Assembly (NCBI RefSeq): GCF_006345805.1
Contig: NC_043013.1
Coordinates: 23,560,001-23,624,000 of the forward strand
Length of the DNA stretch: 64,000 nucleotides
Source: Octopus sinensis
Lineage: Eukaryota
Direction of reading: 5' to 3'
The position numbers were made by a program, and so were the translations under genes. Below the pieces are notes generated by a model. It did no database searches, was not told the origin of the DNA, and was given only the letters and a program-made list of their open reading frames with translations. Shown here in pieces: positions 39,199-50,812 of the stretch (position 1 is the first letter of the stretch; every line of letters begins with the position of its first letter).

Positions 39199-40743
39199 CT
39201 ATGTATACGTATGTACACACTGACACACAATTTTCAAAAGAGCTATTAGATAAATTACCTAAACAGCCTAATTAGTGCTTGGTGATTTACTTGATGACTA
39301 AAAATTTGAAATTGATATTGTTAAAAATTAGTGTCAGGAATTTCTGAACATACTGTGTATGATGATGATGATGATGATGATGATATTTTCTCTTACTATG
39401 AAATATATTATTACCATTGGTACTCTGCTGGTTTTTAAATTCCTAATTACTGCTGTCATTGAGCAATCTTCTGATCACACTTGTTTCAGTTGTGGTTATC
39501 TTGCCATTTTGTTTGCCAGAGATGAATTGTTTAATATGTCCTTCCTTTTCATAGAATAGCAGGGAGTGCTCTGATGCAAATTTGGCTGCTATTAAGAACA
39601 GGTTGAGCAACTATGTGAAGACCCGTAATTCCTTAAGCATCGGCATGAAATTCCTCATGCAATATGGGCTGGCAGTTAAAAATTAGATTAGATTTGAGTT
39701 TGCTTATTTCAGTAGAAATAGGTCAACACAAACTTTAACTCTTTATCTTTATTTCATGAAAATGTGTATAAAAATATAATTTTTTTCCATATCAGCATTT
39801 TGTAATGTATGTAAGGTCAACTAGAGATATAGAGAAAATTTAAAGTCACATTTTAATGAGTGATGATGGGAACATCAAAGAAAATGGTTCTAAGAGTATC
39901 CTAAGTTATTAATGAGATATTGTAGTTTTTGTTAATTATTTTCTAATGAGTATAACTTGGGATTATAACAGAAGGGTTAAATCAATTAATTAGGGTTTAG
40001 TTAAAAAATTGTCTGAATGAGGCAGTTGACATCACTAGCTTGCTGTCTTGTTCACATTCAGGCATACAAAAATAACTTTGTTTTTAGCCCACAAAGTTAA
40101 AAGGAAGGCTTGGAGAAGAATTAACAGACGTTATTGTTAGAAATGTAGCACAAGCATATTCAAAGAAGTTAGTCTTTAGCAATGCAACACTGCTAATAAT
40201 AATAATAATAATAAAAAAAAATATTTATCTAAGGAAGCTAAAATTTACTTATTTCTTCAGAGAGAAACTGTAAAAGTAAGTGATGTCTATAGAAATTGCT
40301 CGTATAATTTACTAAAACTGACAAATTATTAACCTTTGTTTATTCTGTTTTCAACAAAGAATATTAAAGTGATAGAATTTTTTTGAAAAGTTGGATATTA
40401 AGAACTATGAAATAAGTTTTGTTAAAACTGGGCTTCCAAGTGAAAGTTGAGAGACCTGAATGTAACCAAATTTCCTCAAGCCTCTTCTACCATTATGCTA
40501 ACATATTAATATAAGGTTGAAAGGAATTGGATGCTGAATTCTGTTTTTGTGAAAAATGTCATAAATGTTATCTCTTTTAGTTAGAATTTCATTCTGTTGA
40601 TAAAAGGGGAAAAAACTCCCCAAAACCTACAGTTTAACTATATTTGTAGGTTGTTGAAGATATTTATTATATCTTCAACAACCTACAACTTGAAATGTTG
40701 TTATGAAGTATATTACTATTGGTGATTCTTTTTAATTCTTTAG

Positions 40744-40893
40744 ATGGTACCATGGCTCTTTGGATCGTCGAACTGCAGAGGAACGGTTGCGGAAAGCTGG
40801 ATTGGTTGGATCTTATTTGGTACGGGAGAGCCAAAGTAAGCCCGGATCTTATGTCTTATCATATTTTGGCAAAACTGGATTAAACCATTTCCG
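40744..40893 (+). CDS. RASA1: RasGAP exon 2 (N-SH2)
   Basis: WYHGSLDRRTAEERLRKAGLVGSYLVRESQSKPGSYVLSYFGKTGLNHF(R); AG/GT boundaries. Confidence 0.95.
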
Positions 40894-40993
40894 GTAAGAT
40901 TGAAACTATTTTTCTATTGAAACAAGAGAATTGTATTTTTATTTGTTTCTCATTTTTTTTTGTATTTATTTGGAATTATTTGTTTTCTTTTAG

Positions 40994-41129
40994 GATCTCA
41001 TACTTATGTGGTGACTATTATATTGGTGGCCGCCAGTTTGACAGTTTATCTCTGCTTATAGGCTATTATACGAGGTGTTCATATTTGTTGAAAGGGGAAC
41101 AGCTGCAGGAACCAGTGGCACCACCAGAG
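40994..41129 (+). CDS. RASA1: RasGAP exon 3 (N-SH2), GC donor
   Basis: ISYLCGDYYIGGRQFDSLSLLIGYYTRCSYLLKGEQLQEPVAPPE followed by GCAAGT. Confidence 0.92.
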
Positions 41130-41573
41130 GCAAGTTATTTGTTTTTTTAAATAAAAATTGATTTTGTATCTAGAAATCTCAAGTGAAATATTTTTGTAGC
41201 TGATTGCCTGAAAGCATTTAGCTTTTTACTGCAAGACTTTACGTTTATCTATCATTATCACCATTAGTACCAATTCAGGGAACTTTCTTCATACACTATA
41301 CACACCTTCAAGCCACTTCTATATCTTAGCTGTCTGTCAACTACATGTAAATGTGAATAAAATATATAAACTCTATCCCCCTACACACACACACACACAC
41401 ATTTGAAGATCTTGATCCTGTCAAAAATATATTTCTAGAAAAAATATTTGAATTTCTATTGTGACAGCAATATATCCTGGAATCAATTTTGGTTTAGCAT
41501 AAAAGCTTTATAGACAATTTCCTTTATTTCAAAAATTCATGCCTTCATTAAACCCTTCACATTTTATCTCCAG

Positions 41574-41644
41574 CCTGTAGATGATTGTCGGAAAGTTATT
41601 GCCATCCTCCCATTCAGTGGAATGCCCGACACTGATGAGCTCAG
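41574..41644 (+). CDS. RASA1: RasGAP exon 4 (SH3)
   Basis: PVDDCRKVIAILPFSGMPDTDEL(S); CAG acceptor, GTAAGT donor. Confidence 0.93.
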
Positions 41645-41900
41645 GTAAGTACCTGTCAGGTTTGTTTTACCTTTGGAACTTTAAATGGAAATCTTTTAAA
41701 TGCTTCTAAGAATATTTAAGCAAATATAAAATATGTACCAAACATTTTGAAATGATTAATGTCGACAGAGAATTACATAAGTTACTGTTTGCTGGCATAC
41801 TTTATCCTACTTATGTGAAACTAATTCTTGTGAAAAAGAAAAAAAAACATTAAAAAAAGGAGCGTAATACAATTTTCACAAACCAAAAAGTAGTTTGACA

Positions 41901-42140
41901 GAAAGCAAAGTGCCACTGCTTATATGAGGGTAAAGCAAAGTGCCACTGCTTATATGAGGGTTAAGTATAGTGCCACTGCTTATATGAGGGTAAAGCAAAG
42001 TGCCACTGCTTATATGAGGGTAAAGCAAAGTGCCACTGCTTATATGAGGGTTAAGTATAGTGCCACTGCTTATATGAGGGTTAAGCAAAGTGACACTGCT
42101 TATATGAGGGTTAAGCATAGTGCCACTGCTTATATGAGGG
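41901..42140. repeat. 30-bp minisatellite, 8 units
   Basis: (t/g)(a/t)aag(c/t)a(a/t)agtgccactgcttatatgaggg repeated with a period of 30. Confidence 0.95.
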
Positions 42141-42785
42141 TTGTTTTGTTTCTCTCCTGTTGCAGATTAATGGATGTTAAGTCGTCCAACATCACTACCA
42201 GTGTATTGTTCTTTACTTTGAGATTAGCTCTGATATGGCAGGCTTATAATGAAAGCCATTCCAGTCTTGACCATCTTGTCTTTATTTCAGACATAATGAA
42301 TTTAAAATTAGATTATCCAGTGTATCCTTGTGTAAGTTGGATGAGATTTGTAGATGTGTTTGCAATTTCTAGCTTCTCTTGCAACTCTACAGAGACTCCC
42401 TCGTTAATTTAGTATTTTGTTGAGGTGCATCGGAAGTTAAGGTCACTATTTTTCAGTTAAAAATCTTCTTTTTTTTTTCAAATTAATTCCAAATTCTACT
42501 TTTATCTCAATCTACTTCCTATGCTACACATCTGTATACATATATTGAGTAGCTGGAAAGGCCGAGGCGTGTGTTGTTCAGTAAAAGGAAATAGATATCA
42601 ATAAAAAAGAAAGGGAAAGGAAAAGAAAAACATTAGTGAAAGGAAGTAGAATGTAATGAAAGCCCTGCCTGTCTTACCATTCCACCAGTTTCTAGAATAA
42701 GAGAATAGGAGTGAGGTTGGGAGAATGAATGTTCAATGTATTGAAGAAAGGAAATCTCTCTTTATATATATGTGTGTGTGTGTGG

Positions 42786-42817
<32 letters not shown>

Positions 42818-43902
42818 ATGGCATGTCAAGACATCAGCAAGGAAAAAGAAAATGGTAAGAGGGGAAACAAGAAAATAAGAAAAAAAAAAAGAAGAAAAAA
42901 TACAAATATGACTGTTGAAATTGTCATTATTTTTTAAACAATTAACCTCATTTGGAAACCTGAAAATATTTTTTATATTTATATGAATGTTAAACTTTCG
43001 GCCCATAACGAGAATAAATTAAATGCAGAAATGGCTGAGGTGAGTCATTGTGAATCTGATAATAATTGTTTAAACTGTGATCGTCATTTTTAGAAGATGA
43101 AAAACTGTTTAATGTTTACATCGATGAAAATAGAAAAAAAAAAAAAAAAAAATTACATCTATATCTAAACTGAAAGTTTGAAAAATTATAAGTTAATAGT
43201 AACTCATCTTGGTTATTTAATCAAAAGTCAATTGAAAAGCATGTGTACAGCAGCCTTTAAGAACTGACTACTGTAATTGAGTGGAACAAATATTAATGAC
43301 CCCAGCTTGTAAGTGTCTGAGGAAAAGCTTTGATAAATAATGACATTATAAAAAATAATTATTACCAAATAGAAATAAAGGGAAATGGAATATAACAGTG
43401 TTGTGTGTGTGTGTGTGTGTGTGTGTGTTTTTATGTAAAATTTTATGAACGTATATATATATATATAAAATAGTCAAGCATTAATTGAAGAATCACTCAA
43501 TATCGTTATGTAAAAGGAAAAGGTTGATAGTAACTTTGAAGTTTTAGCTTAGTGACTTTTCTCAGGTTGCCTGACAAATGCGACTTTTTCAAAACAGCAA
43601 AATCACTGTCACTCGTTAATGTGTATGTATATAGTATGTATGTATAAAGTAGAGTGAATATGAATTTTCATCTGAAATTTCTGATGAGAGAAAGACTACT
43701 CCTCTTTTGAATTGGTCAGATTGAATAAGAAATGTCTTGAGAACTATATTCTGTTGCAAGAAGCTTCTAATATAACATACTAGTTTACATTAATAATTTC
43801 TTACAAATCCCAATAGCTTTAATTGCTATTTGCTGTTGTTTTTGAACATTGAAGAAATAATTGGAGTTTTCTTTTTTATTTTTTATTTTTTCATGGATTC
43901 AG

Positions 43903-44017
43903 TTTTGAAAAAGGAGAAATTTTTATTGTTCGTGATGTACTTGACGAGACCTATTGGGTGACTTCAGAAAAAACAGGAGAAAGTGGTATAGTGTACCAAC
44001 CATTAGTAGAAGACTTA
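43903..44017 (+). CDS. RASA1: RasGAP exon 5 (SH3)
   Basis: FEKGEIFIVRDVLDETYWVTSEKTGESGIVYQPLVEDL; AG/GTAAGT. Confidence 0.9.
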
Positions 44018-44508
44018 GTAAGTTTCTTTTTTGTTTTTTAAATTCCATTGAATTTTCTACAGAAAGATTTTGAAACGGCTTTTGTTAGTCAAAATTTCAT
44101 AAACTTTTCACTCAAAAATTTGAAAAAATTTAAGCAAATCTGATTTTTAGATTACATGTAGAAAATTATTGTTAAAATTTTAACTCCCTTCATTGTTGGA
44201 TTTTATCCTTCAAATAATAATTAAAGCCATTTATACTTTTAGAGACCAACAAATTTCCTTTTATTATTTTATAGTTGAAAATTAAACAAATATTCTTATT
44301 GTCATTTACATTTAATATTTCATTAAATTAGATTCTTAATTTTTTTTTCCTTTATATAAATTGATTCATTGTCTCAAATTTGATTTGGTTTCTATAGCTG
44401 GGTGCTCTTAACCTTAACCTCTTTACAGAGTCTACCTGGTACATTTTTTTATGGCACCAGCACAATAAAGAGTGTCTTGACCAGAAGTAACGTTTAATTA
44501 CACTACTT

Positions 44509-44967
44509 CAGTTCTATATTTAAGACATGAGGAATTATGTACATTATTTACATTTGACAGATATTTGTCCTCAAATTGTTTGTTGTTAACACAACGTTTC
44601 GGCTGATATACCCTCCATCAGGTGTCTTGGGGAAATATCGAACCTGGATTCTCATTCCTAAGGTATTTTTCAATGTTGTTGTTGTCATCATCATCATCAT
44701 CATTCAGGTCACTGCCTGGAATCGAACTTGGAATCTTGGGGTTAGTAGCGCAGGCTACTAATCCCAAGATTCCGAGTTCAATTCCAGGCAGTGACCTGAA
44801 CAACAACAACAACAACAATAATAATAACATTGAAAAATACCTTAGGAATGAGGACCTAGGTTCAAAATTTCCCCAAGACACCTGAAGAGGCCGGAGGGTA
44901 TATCAGCTGCAACGTTGTGTTAACAACAAACAAGATGAGGACAAATATCTGTCAAATGTAAATAATG
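44509..44967. mobile_element. Palindromic (head-to-head) copy of the hammerhead-tailed short element, 9-bp TSD
   Basis: Arms 44542-44749 and 44754-44967 are imperfect reverse complements. TSD acactactt at 44500-44508 and 44968-44976. Confidence 0.85.
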
Positions 44968-45986
44968 ACACTACTTGTTTTAGTCTACCTGGCATTGAAA
45001 TAGGTATCATTTCAATTTTGAAATTATGGACTATTTACTTGAAGAATATCTGAATATTCAGATTTGCTGTTACATCCAATTTAATGGTGGGTTGTGTGCC
45101 GTGAAAAATTCAAATGTTGTTTTGTGTAAAAGATTTCTATTCTATTTAACGTATGTAAAGGTTCTCTGTTGATTTTCATTAAAAAGCATCCATGCTGGCA
45201 CTATGTGAAAAGCACTCAATACACTTTGTGAAGTGGTTGGCATTAGGAAGGACATTCAACCATAGACAACAGGAGCCTGGTGCAGCCCTCCAGCCTTGCC
45301 AGTCCCTCTCAAACCATCTAACCCATGCTAGCATGGAAAACAGAGGATGATTGATGATATTAAATGATACAATGTATTTGTAGGGTTATTCATGTTGGTC
45401 ACAGATGCTGATGTGAAGACTAATTTTGTTATATCATTATTTCATTAGTTAAGTTAATTGACCCCTATTAAGAAGATAGACCCCAGTAAACCGTCCAACC
45501 CATGCCAGCATGGCAAAACGGACGTTAAACGATGATGACGATGATTTAAATGTCTTCACCTATTTCACTTTGTGGATATTTCTTTTTCTACACTAATGTA
45601 ATATCCTATAAAAAGGCATTATGTGATAAATCTATGACAATATTCAATACACTAACTGTTGAGAGAGGGTAAGACAAGTACTACAGGACTACATTCTGAC
45701 TTTAACACCACCATGCCGGAGGCATGTAAATAGCACCCACTACACTCATGGAGTGGTTGGCATTAGGAAGGGCATCCAGCTATAGAAACACTGCCAGATC
45801 AGACTGGAGCCGGGTGCAGCCTCCTGGCTTCCCAAATTCCAGTCAAACCATCTAACCCATGCTAACATGGAGAACGGACGTTAAATGATGATGATGATGA
45901 TGATGATGATAAAAAAGTTCAACATTTCACACATCTTCCACTTGATTTCTCATCTCACATTTCGTATAATTTTCTATTTTTTTTAG

Positions 45987-46062
45987 ACAGACGATGTTTT
46001 GAGTTCAATGTGTTTTCATGAGAACCTTTCCAAAGAAGATGCTGTTGAAAAACTCCGACAAG
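45987..46062 (+). CDS. RASA1: RasGAP exon 6 (linker/start of C-SH2)
   Basis: TDDVLSSMCFHENLSKEDAVEKLRQ(A); polypyrimidine-TAG acceptor, GTAAGG donor, phases 0/1 fit the neighbouring exons. Confidence 0.8.
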
Positions 46063-46099
46063 GTAAGGCACGAACATTGATTTACCGTTCATTCTTAAC

Positions 46100-46455
46100 T
46101 TGTTTCAGACGTTAGTCTGTGGCCATGCTGGGGCGCCACCTTGAAGAATTTTTAGTCAAATGAATCGATTCCAGAATTTATGTTTTTTTAAAGCCTGGTA
46201 CTTACTCTATTGGTCTCTTTTGCTAAATTGCTAAGTTATGGGGACATAAACAAACCAACACTGGTTGTCAAGCTGTGGTGAGGGACAAAGACACACACAC
46301 ACAACAGGCTTCTTTCAGTTTCCGTCTACCAAATTCACTCACAAGTCTTTGGTTGGCCTGAGGCTATAGCAAAAGACACATGTCCAAGGTGCCACTCAGT
46401 GGGAATGAACCAGGAACCATGTGGTTGAGAGGCTAACTTCTCACCACACAGACTG
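46100..46455 (-). mobile_element. Composite tRNA-derived SINE, older copy
   Basis: Similar to 5330-5755. Confidence 0.75.
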
Positions 46456-46746
46456 TACCTAGACTTGTTATTTTGTCATTTTGTTTTGGCTTCAAATTGT
46501 TTTTTTTGTTTCGTTTTGAATGTTTTTTGTTTCGTTAAAGTTTAATTATACTTGTGTATCAATTCACTAAATTAAATATTTCTTTGTTTTATGTCACATC
46601 CAAAGTTAATATTTAGTTTTTATGTGAGGGTGATGGGTTAGCAGATTTCCTTGTGTTGTTCAGTTGTGGACCTGTATATCTGAGTTCAAATCCTGTTGAA
46701 GTCAAATTTGTCTTTCATCTTTCCAGGATTAATTAAATAAAGTACC

Positions 46747-46981
46747 TATTTCTTTACTACCCACAAGGGGCTAAACACAGAGGGAAAAAACAAGGACAGA
46801 CAAGCAGATTAAGTCGATTACATCGACCCCAGTGCGTAACTGGTACTTAATTTATCGACCCCGAAAGGATGAAAGGCAAAGTCGACCTTGGCAGAATTTG
46901 AACTCAGAACGCAGCGGCGTACGAAATACCGCAAAGCATTTTGCCCGGCGTGCTGACGTTTCTGCCAGCTCGCCACCTTAT
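46747..46981 (-). mobile_element. Single-copy SINE, 18-bp TSD, inserted into an older SINE
   Basis: TSD ttaattaaataaagtacc at 46729-46746 and 46982-46999. Confidence 0.9.
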
Positions 46982-47180
46982 TTAATTAAATAAAGTACCA
47001 TTTAAATACTAGGTTAATTTAATCAGTTGTAATCTTTCTTGCAAAAAGCCTGTGACCTTGTACCATTGTTAGAAATTAATATTTAATCCTTATGATGATG
47101 ATGATATAACATGAACTTATATAATTTTGTGTTTTTTCTTCTGCCCCTTGTTTTTGAAGTTGTTTTTACTTCTCTTCCAG

Positions 47181-47325
47181 CGGGAAATGGTAGTTTCCTT
47201 GTGCGTCCAAGTGAACACTATCCAGGAGATTATTCTCTCTTTTTCCTTCATGATAAAACTGTGATTCGGTTCAGAATTGAAAAACAAGGCCGACAACTTT
47301 TCATTGGTGGTAGATATTTTGACAG
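47181..47325 (+). CDS. RASA1: RasGAP exon 7 (C-SH2)
   Basis: GNGSFLVRPSEHYPGDYSLFFLHDKTVIRFRIEKQGRQLFIGGRYFD(S). Confidence 0.95.
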
Positions 47326-47405
47326 GTCAGAGGTGTTTGCTTATAATAAATATTCTTGTTTTAGTTATGCAATATTAAATTATACAGTTTTACTGGTTTG
47401 TAAAT

Positions 47406-47721
47406 ACAGTTCTATATTTACGAGATGAGGAATTACGTACATTATTTACATTTGATGGGCATATAGCATAGTGGTTAAGAGTGCGGGCTACTAACCCCGA
47501 GATTTCGAGTTCAATTCCAGGCAGTGACCTGAACAACAACAACAACAACAGCAGCAGCAGCAGTAGTAGTAGTATTGAAAAATACCTTAGGAATGAGAAC
47601 GCAGGTTTTAAATTTCCCCAAGACACCTGATGAAGGCTGGAGGGTATATCAGCTGAAACGTTGTTAACAACAAACAAGATGAGGACAAATATCTGTCAAA
47701 TGTAAATAATGTAAAAATGTA
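47406..47721 (+). mobile_element. tRNA-headed short element with inverted 5' tail and hammerhead-like 3' part, 10-bp TSD
   Basis: A box TAGCATAGTGG (47464-47474), B box GAGTTCAATTCC (47507-47518). TSD gtttgtaaat at 47396-47405 and 47722-47731. Confidence 0.85.
47622..47665 (+). ncRNA. Minimal type I hammerhead ribozyme motif (stem I weakened)
   Basis: GACAC-CUGAUGA-A-GGCUG(gaggguauau)CAGCU-GAA-ACGU-U-GUU. The sister copy at 44917-44921 has GUGUU, which completes stem I. Confidence 0.6.
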
Positions 47722-50134
47722 GTTTGTAAATGATGGAACATATAGGGACACTAAGGTCTATAGATATTTGTTTGTACAGCTAAATGAATGGTTGGGTTTC
47801 TGCAGAATAACTGGAGTTAAGTGATTCTTACTGATTTTATTATACCAGTCTTTGCATATTGGTATGGGTTTCACATGTTTCAACTCATCGTGCTTGAAGC
47901 GTTCGTGATTTTGGTATTTGTGTGGTTGGGCAATGTTATCTCTTTTTTTTTTGTTTTTGTATGACTGGACATCCTTCCTATCCTCTCTATCATCAAAGTA
48001 ATGCAAGCTGGATGTATTCATTTGTTATATTATATATAACTATTCTTGAGGAGACCTATTGAGTCAAGCATGTCAACACCAATATCAAAATAAAAAATCA
48101 GATGGAAATTGTAGTTATGCTACCCGTGCCGGTGACATGTAAAAAGCACCGTCTGAACGTGGCTGATGCCAGCGCTGCCTGACTGGCATCCGTGTCGGTG
48201 ACACATAAAAAGCACCAACTGATTGTGGCCGTTTGCCAGCCTCCTCTGACCCCTGTGCCGGTGGCATGTAAAAAGCACCCACTACACTCACAGAGTGGTT
48301 GGCATTAGGAAGGGCATCAAGCTGTAGAAACACTGCCAGATCAGACTGGAGCCTGGTACAGCCTCCTGGCTTCCTAGACCCCGGTCGAACTGTCTAACCC
48401 ATGCTAGCATGGAAAACGGACGTTAAACGATGATGATGATATGTTCAGTTGAGTGAAATGTTACTAGTTACTCTTATTAGAAAAGGAATTATGGAACATA
48501 AATTCTGAATACTGTTTACATCACTTATAGTAGAATATATTCTCTAGAGAAAAATAACTGAAATATAAAAACTGTTTCTAACTGAAAAGAAAAATTAGAG
48601 GAGCAGTTATCCTTGTATTTCCAGATTTTATAGTTTATATTGTAGCTAAAAGAAATAGCTTTGTGTTGCTGCAATGGTTGAAGAAGCAATGAGAAGAGAC
48701 AGTGTGTTAGTCTCTGTTGTAAGTGGCAGTTGGTTGTAGATTCTGCAGAATTGATGGATGTATCTGTTGGCAGAGAACCAAAAGGATTAACTGCTGGTTA
48801 GAAGGTGGGATAAATTAAGAGCTGTACAATGAATCAAAACATCTTCCCTCGTCAGAATAATAACCTGATAGATGCTCTGGTGTTGGCTAAAGCTGCATTT
48901 TGCCAGAACACCTTCAGCACAATTATGTGTAAACCAGTTGACTGATTTGGGGCTCAGCAATAGTTTAGTATTTTTTTGTCCTGAAGAAAGGGCTTATTAT
49001 TTGAAATGCTGTTTGAACTCTCTTATAAATCTGTGATTGTCATGTAAGGTCATTAGAAACCAAGCATTTGTAAAGTTGTAAGCTGTTCACAAATAGGATG
49101 GTTGTGATTTTCATATTTTAGTTCTACCATCATTATTGACTCTTGTCAAGATCTGGTATATTGCTTACAATTTGGCTGTCTCTGTTTTGTTCTTTCTTCA
49201 TATTAAACAATGAAAGATAAATCAATGAAGTTTAATTAAAAATAATGTATCATACCTCTATCACAATATATTTTGTGCTTTACTATTAATTAAATTAATG
49301 ACTTCATTTATCAAATTTAAGATGGATTATCTTTGAGAACCTGTTGAGAACGGTTCATTTACTTTGTCATTTTATACCCTGACATATTTTGATTTTGGAT
49401 ACTGGTTTTAATTTTAAGTGGGTGTGTAAGCTTTTTTTTTTACAACTCTATAGACTGAGTCAGGTAGTATAATGAATGTACTTTTTTGAAGAGTACAGCC
49501 CTTTTTATCCTGTTGAAGAAATATAGTACAATATTTTGTGGTTTGGCTCAAAATAATCCCTTAATTTACTTAAATGTCATGTGTGTTGTCATTAAAATAC
49601 AATTATTCAAGTTCTGTTATTTCTACGTTTGACCTAACTCCAGGAGACTCTTACTCCTTCTCATTTCTTTTCCATTTGGAAATGTTTTCCATTTTTCAAT
49701 GCTTGGCAGCTCACTTCTGCAGTTCTTTGATGTGCCCTTTGCACTACTAGTTCAGTGTCTTTGGTTATGGTTACGACTTACAGTAATAATATTTTTGCAT
49801 ATTTGTCTATTTATTCTCTGATTTAGATTAATTTAAGATTCTTGGAACAAGTTTCACAAAACATGTTTAATGTATATATCTCTGAAGTTTTGAGCATGTA
49901 TATTATTAAGTGTGTGTATATATATATATACACATGGAGAAAGTAAGAAGAAAAAAAGTGAAAATGCACATTGAATATCAAAAAAATAATGGCTTTTTTA
50001 TGAAAAGTAGCGATAAATAAATACAATTAGATGAACTGAGGTAGAATTAAGAGGAATTAAATTCATTATTTTGAATTGTTAAAGTGATTCGAAGTCATAC
50101 CGGTATCGTCATTGCTGTTCACTGGCTTTGTATG

Positions 50135-50187
<53 letters not shown>

Positions 50188-50525
50188 GTGAAGGCGCGTG
50201 GCTCAGTGGTTAGAGCGTCGAGCTTACGATCGTGAGGTTGTGAGCTTGAATCCCGGACCGCGCTGCGTGTTGTGTTCTTGAGCAAGACACTTTATTTCAC
50301 GTTGCTCCAGTTCACTCAGCTGTAGAAATGAGTTGCGACGTCACAGGTGCCAAGCTGTATCGGCCCTTGCCTTTCCCTTGGACAACATTGGTGACGTGGA
50401 GAGGGGAGGCCGGTATGCATGGGCGACTGCTGGTCTTCCATAAAACAACCTTGCCCAGACTTGTGCCTCAGAGAGAAACTCTCTAGGTGCAAACCCATGG
50501 TCAGTGCCTGATCGAAGGGGGTCAC
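50188..50525 (+). mobile_element. tRNA-derived SINE with a conserved central (CORE/V-like) domain
   Basis: A box ggctcagtgg and degenerate B box, then tgtgttcttgagcaagacactttatttcacgttgctccagttcactcagctg. Older copy near 36300-36610. Confidence 0.75.
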
Positions 50526-50527
50526 CA

Positions 50528-50584
<57 letters not shown>

Positions 50585-50733
50585 CCCCAGCAAATGGCGG
50601 TGCCCCAGCATGGCCACAGCTCAAGAGCTGAAACTGGAAAAACAAAAAACAAAAACAAAAACATATATATATATACACACACACATACACATATTGCACA
50701 TTAATAATATGATTTTTTTGTTTAATTGTGCAG

Positions 50734-50812
50734 TCTACATGCTATAATTCAACGATATACACGTGAAGAAATTGTTGAAGGTCAAACATTAAAGAAAGCA
50801 GTAATGAGAAAG
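50734..50812 (+). CDS. RASA1: RasGAP exon 8 (C-SH2)
   Basis: LHAIIQRYTREEIVEGQTLKKAVMRK; CAG/GTAAGT. Confidence 0.92.

Noticed and set aside
41924-42412. 162-aa ORF
   Set aside because: Open only because the 30-bp minisatellite has no stop codon in that frame.
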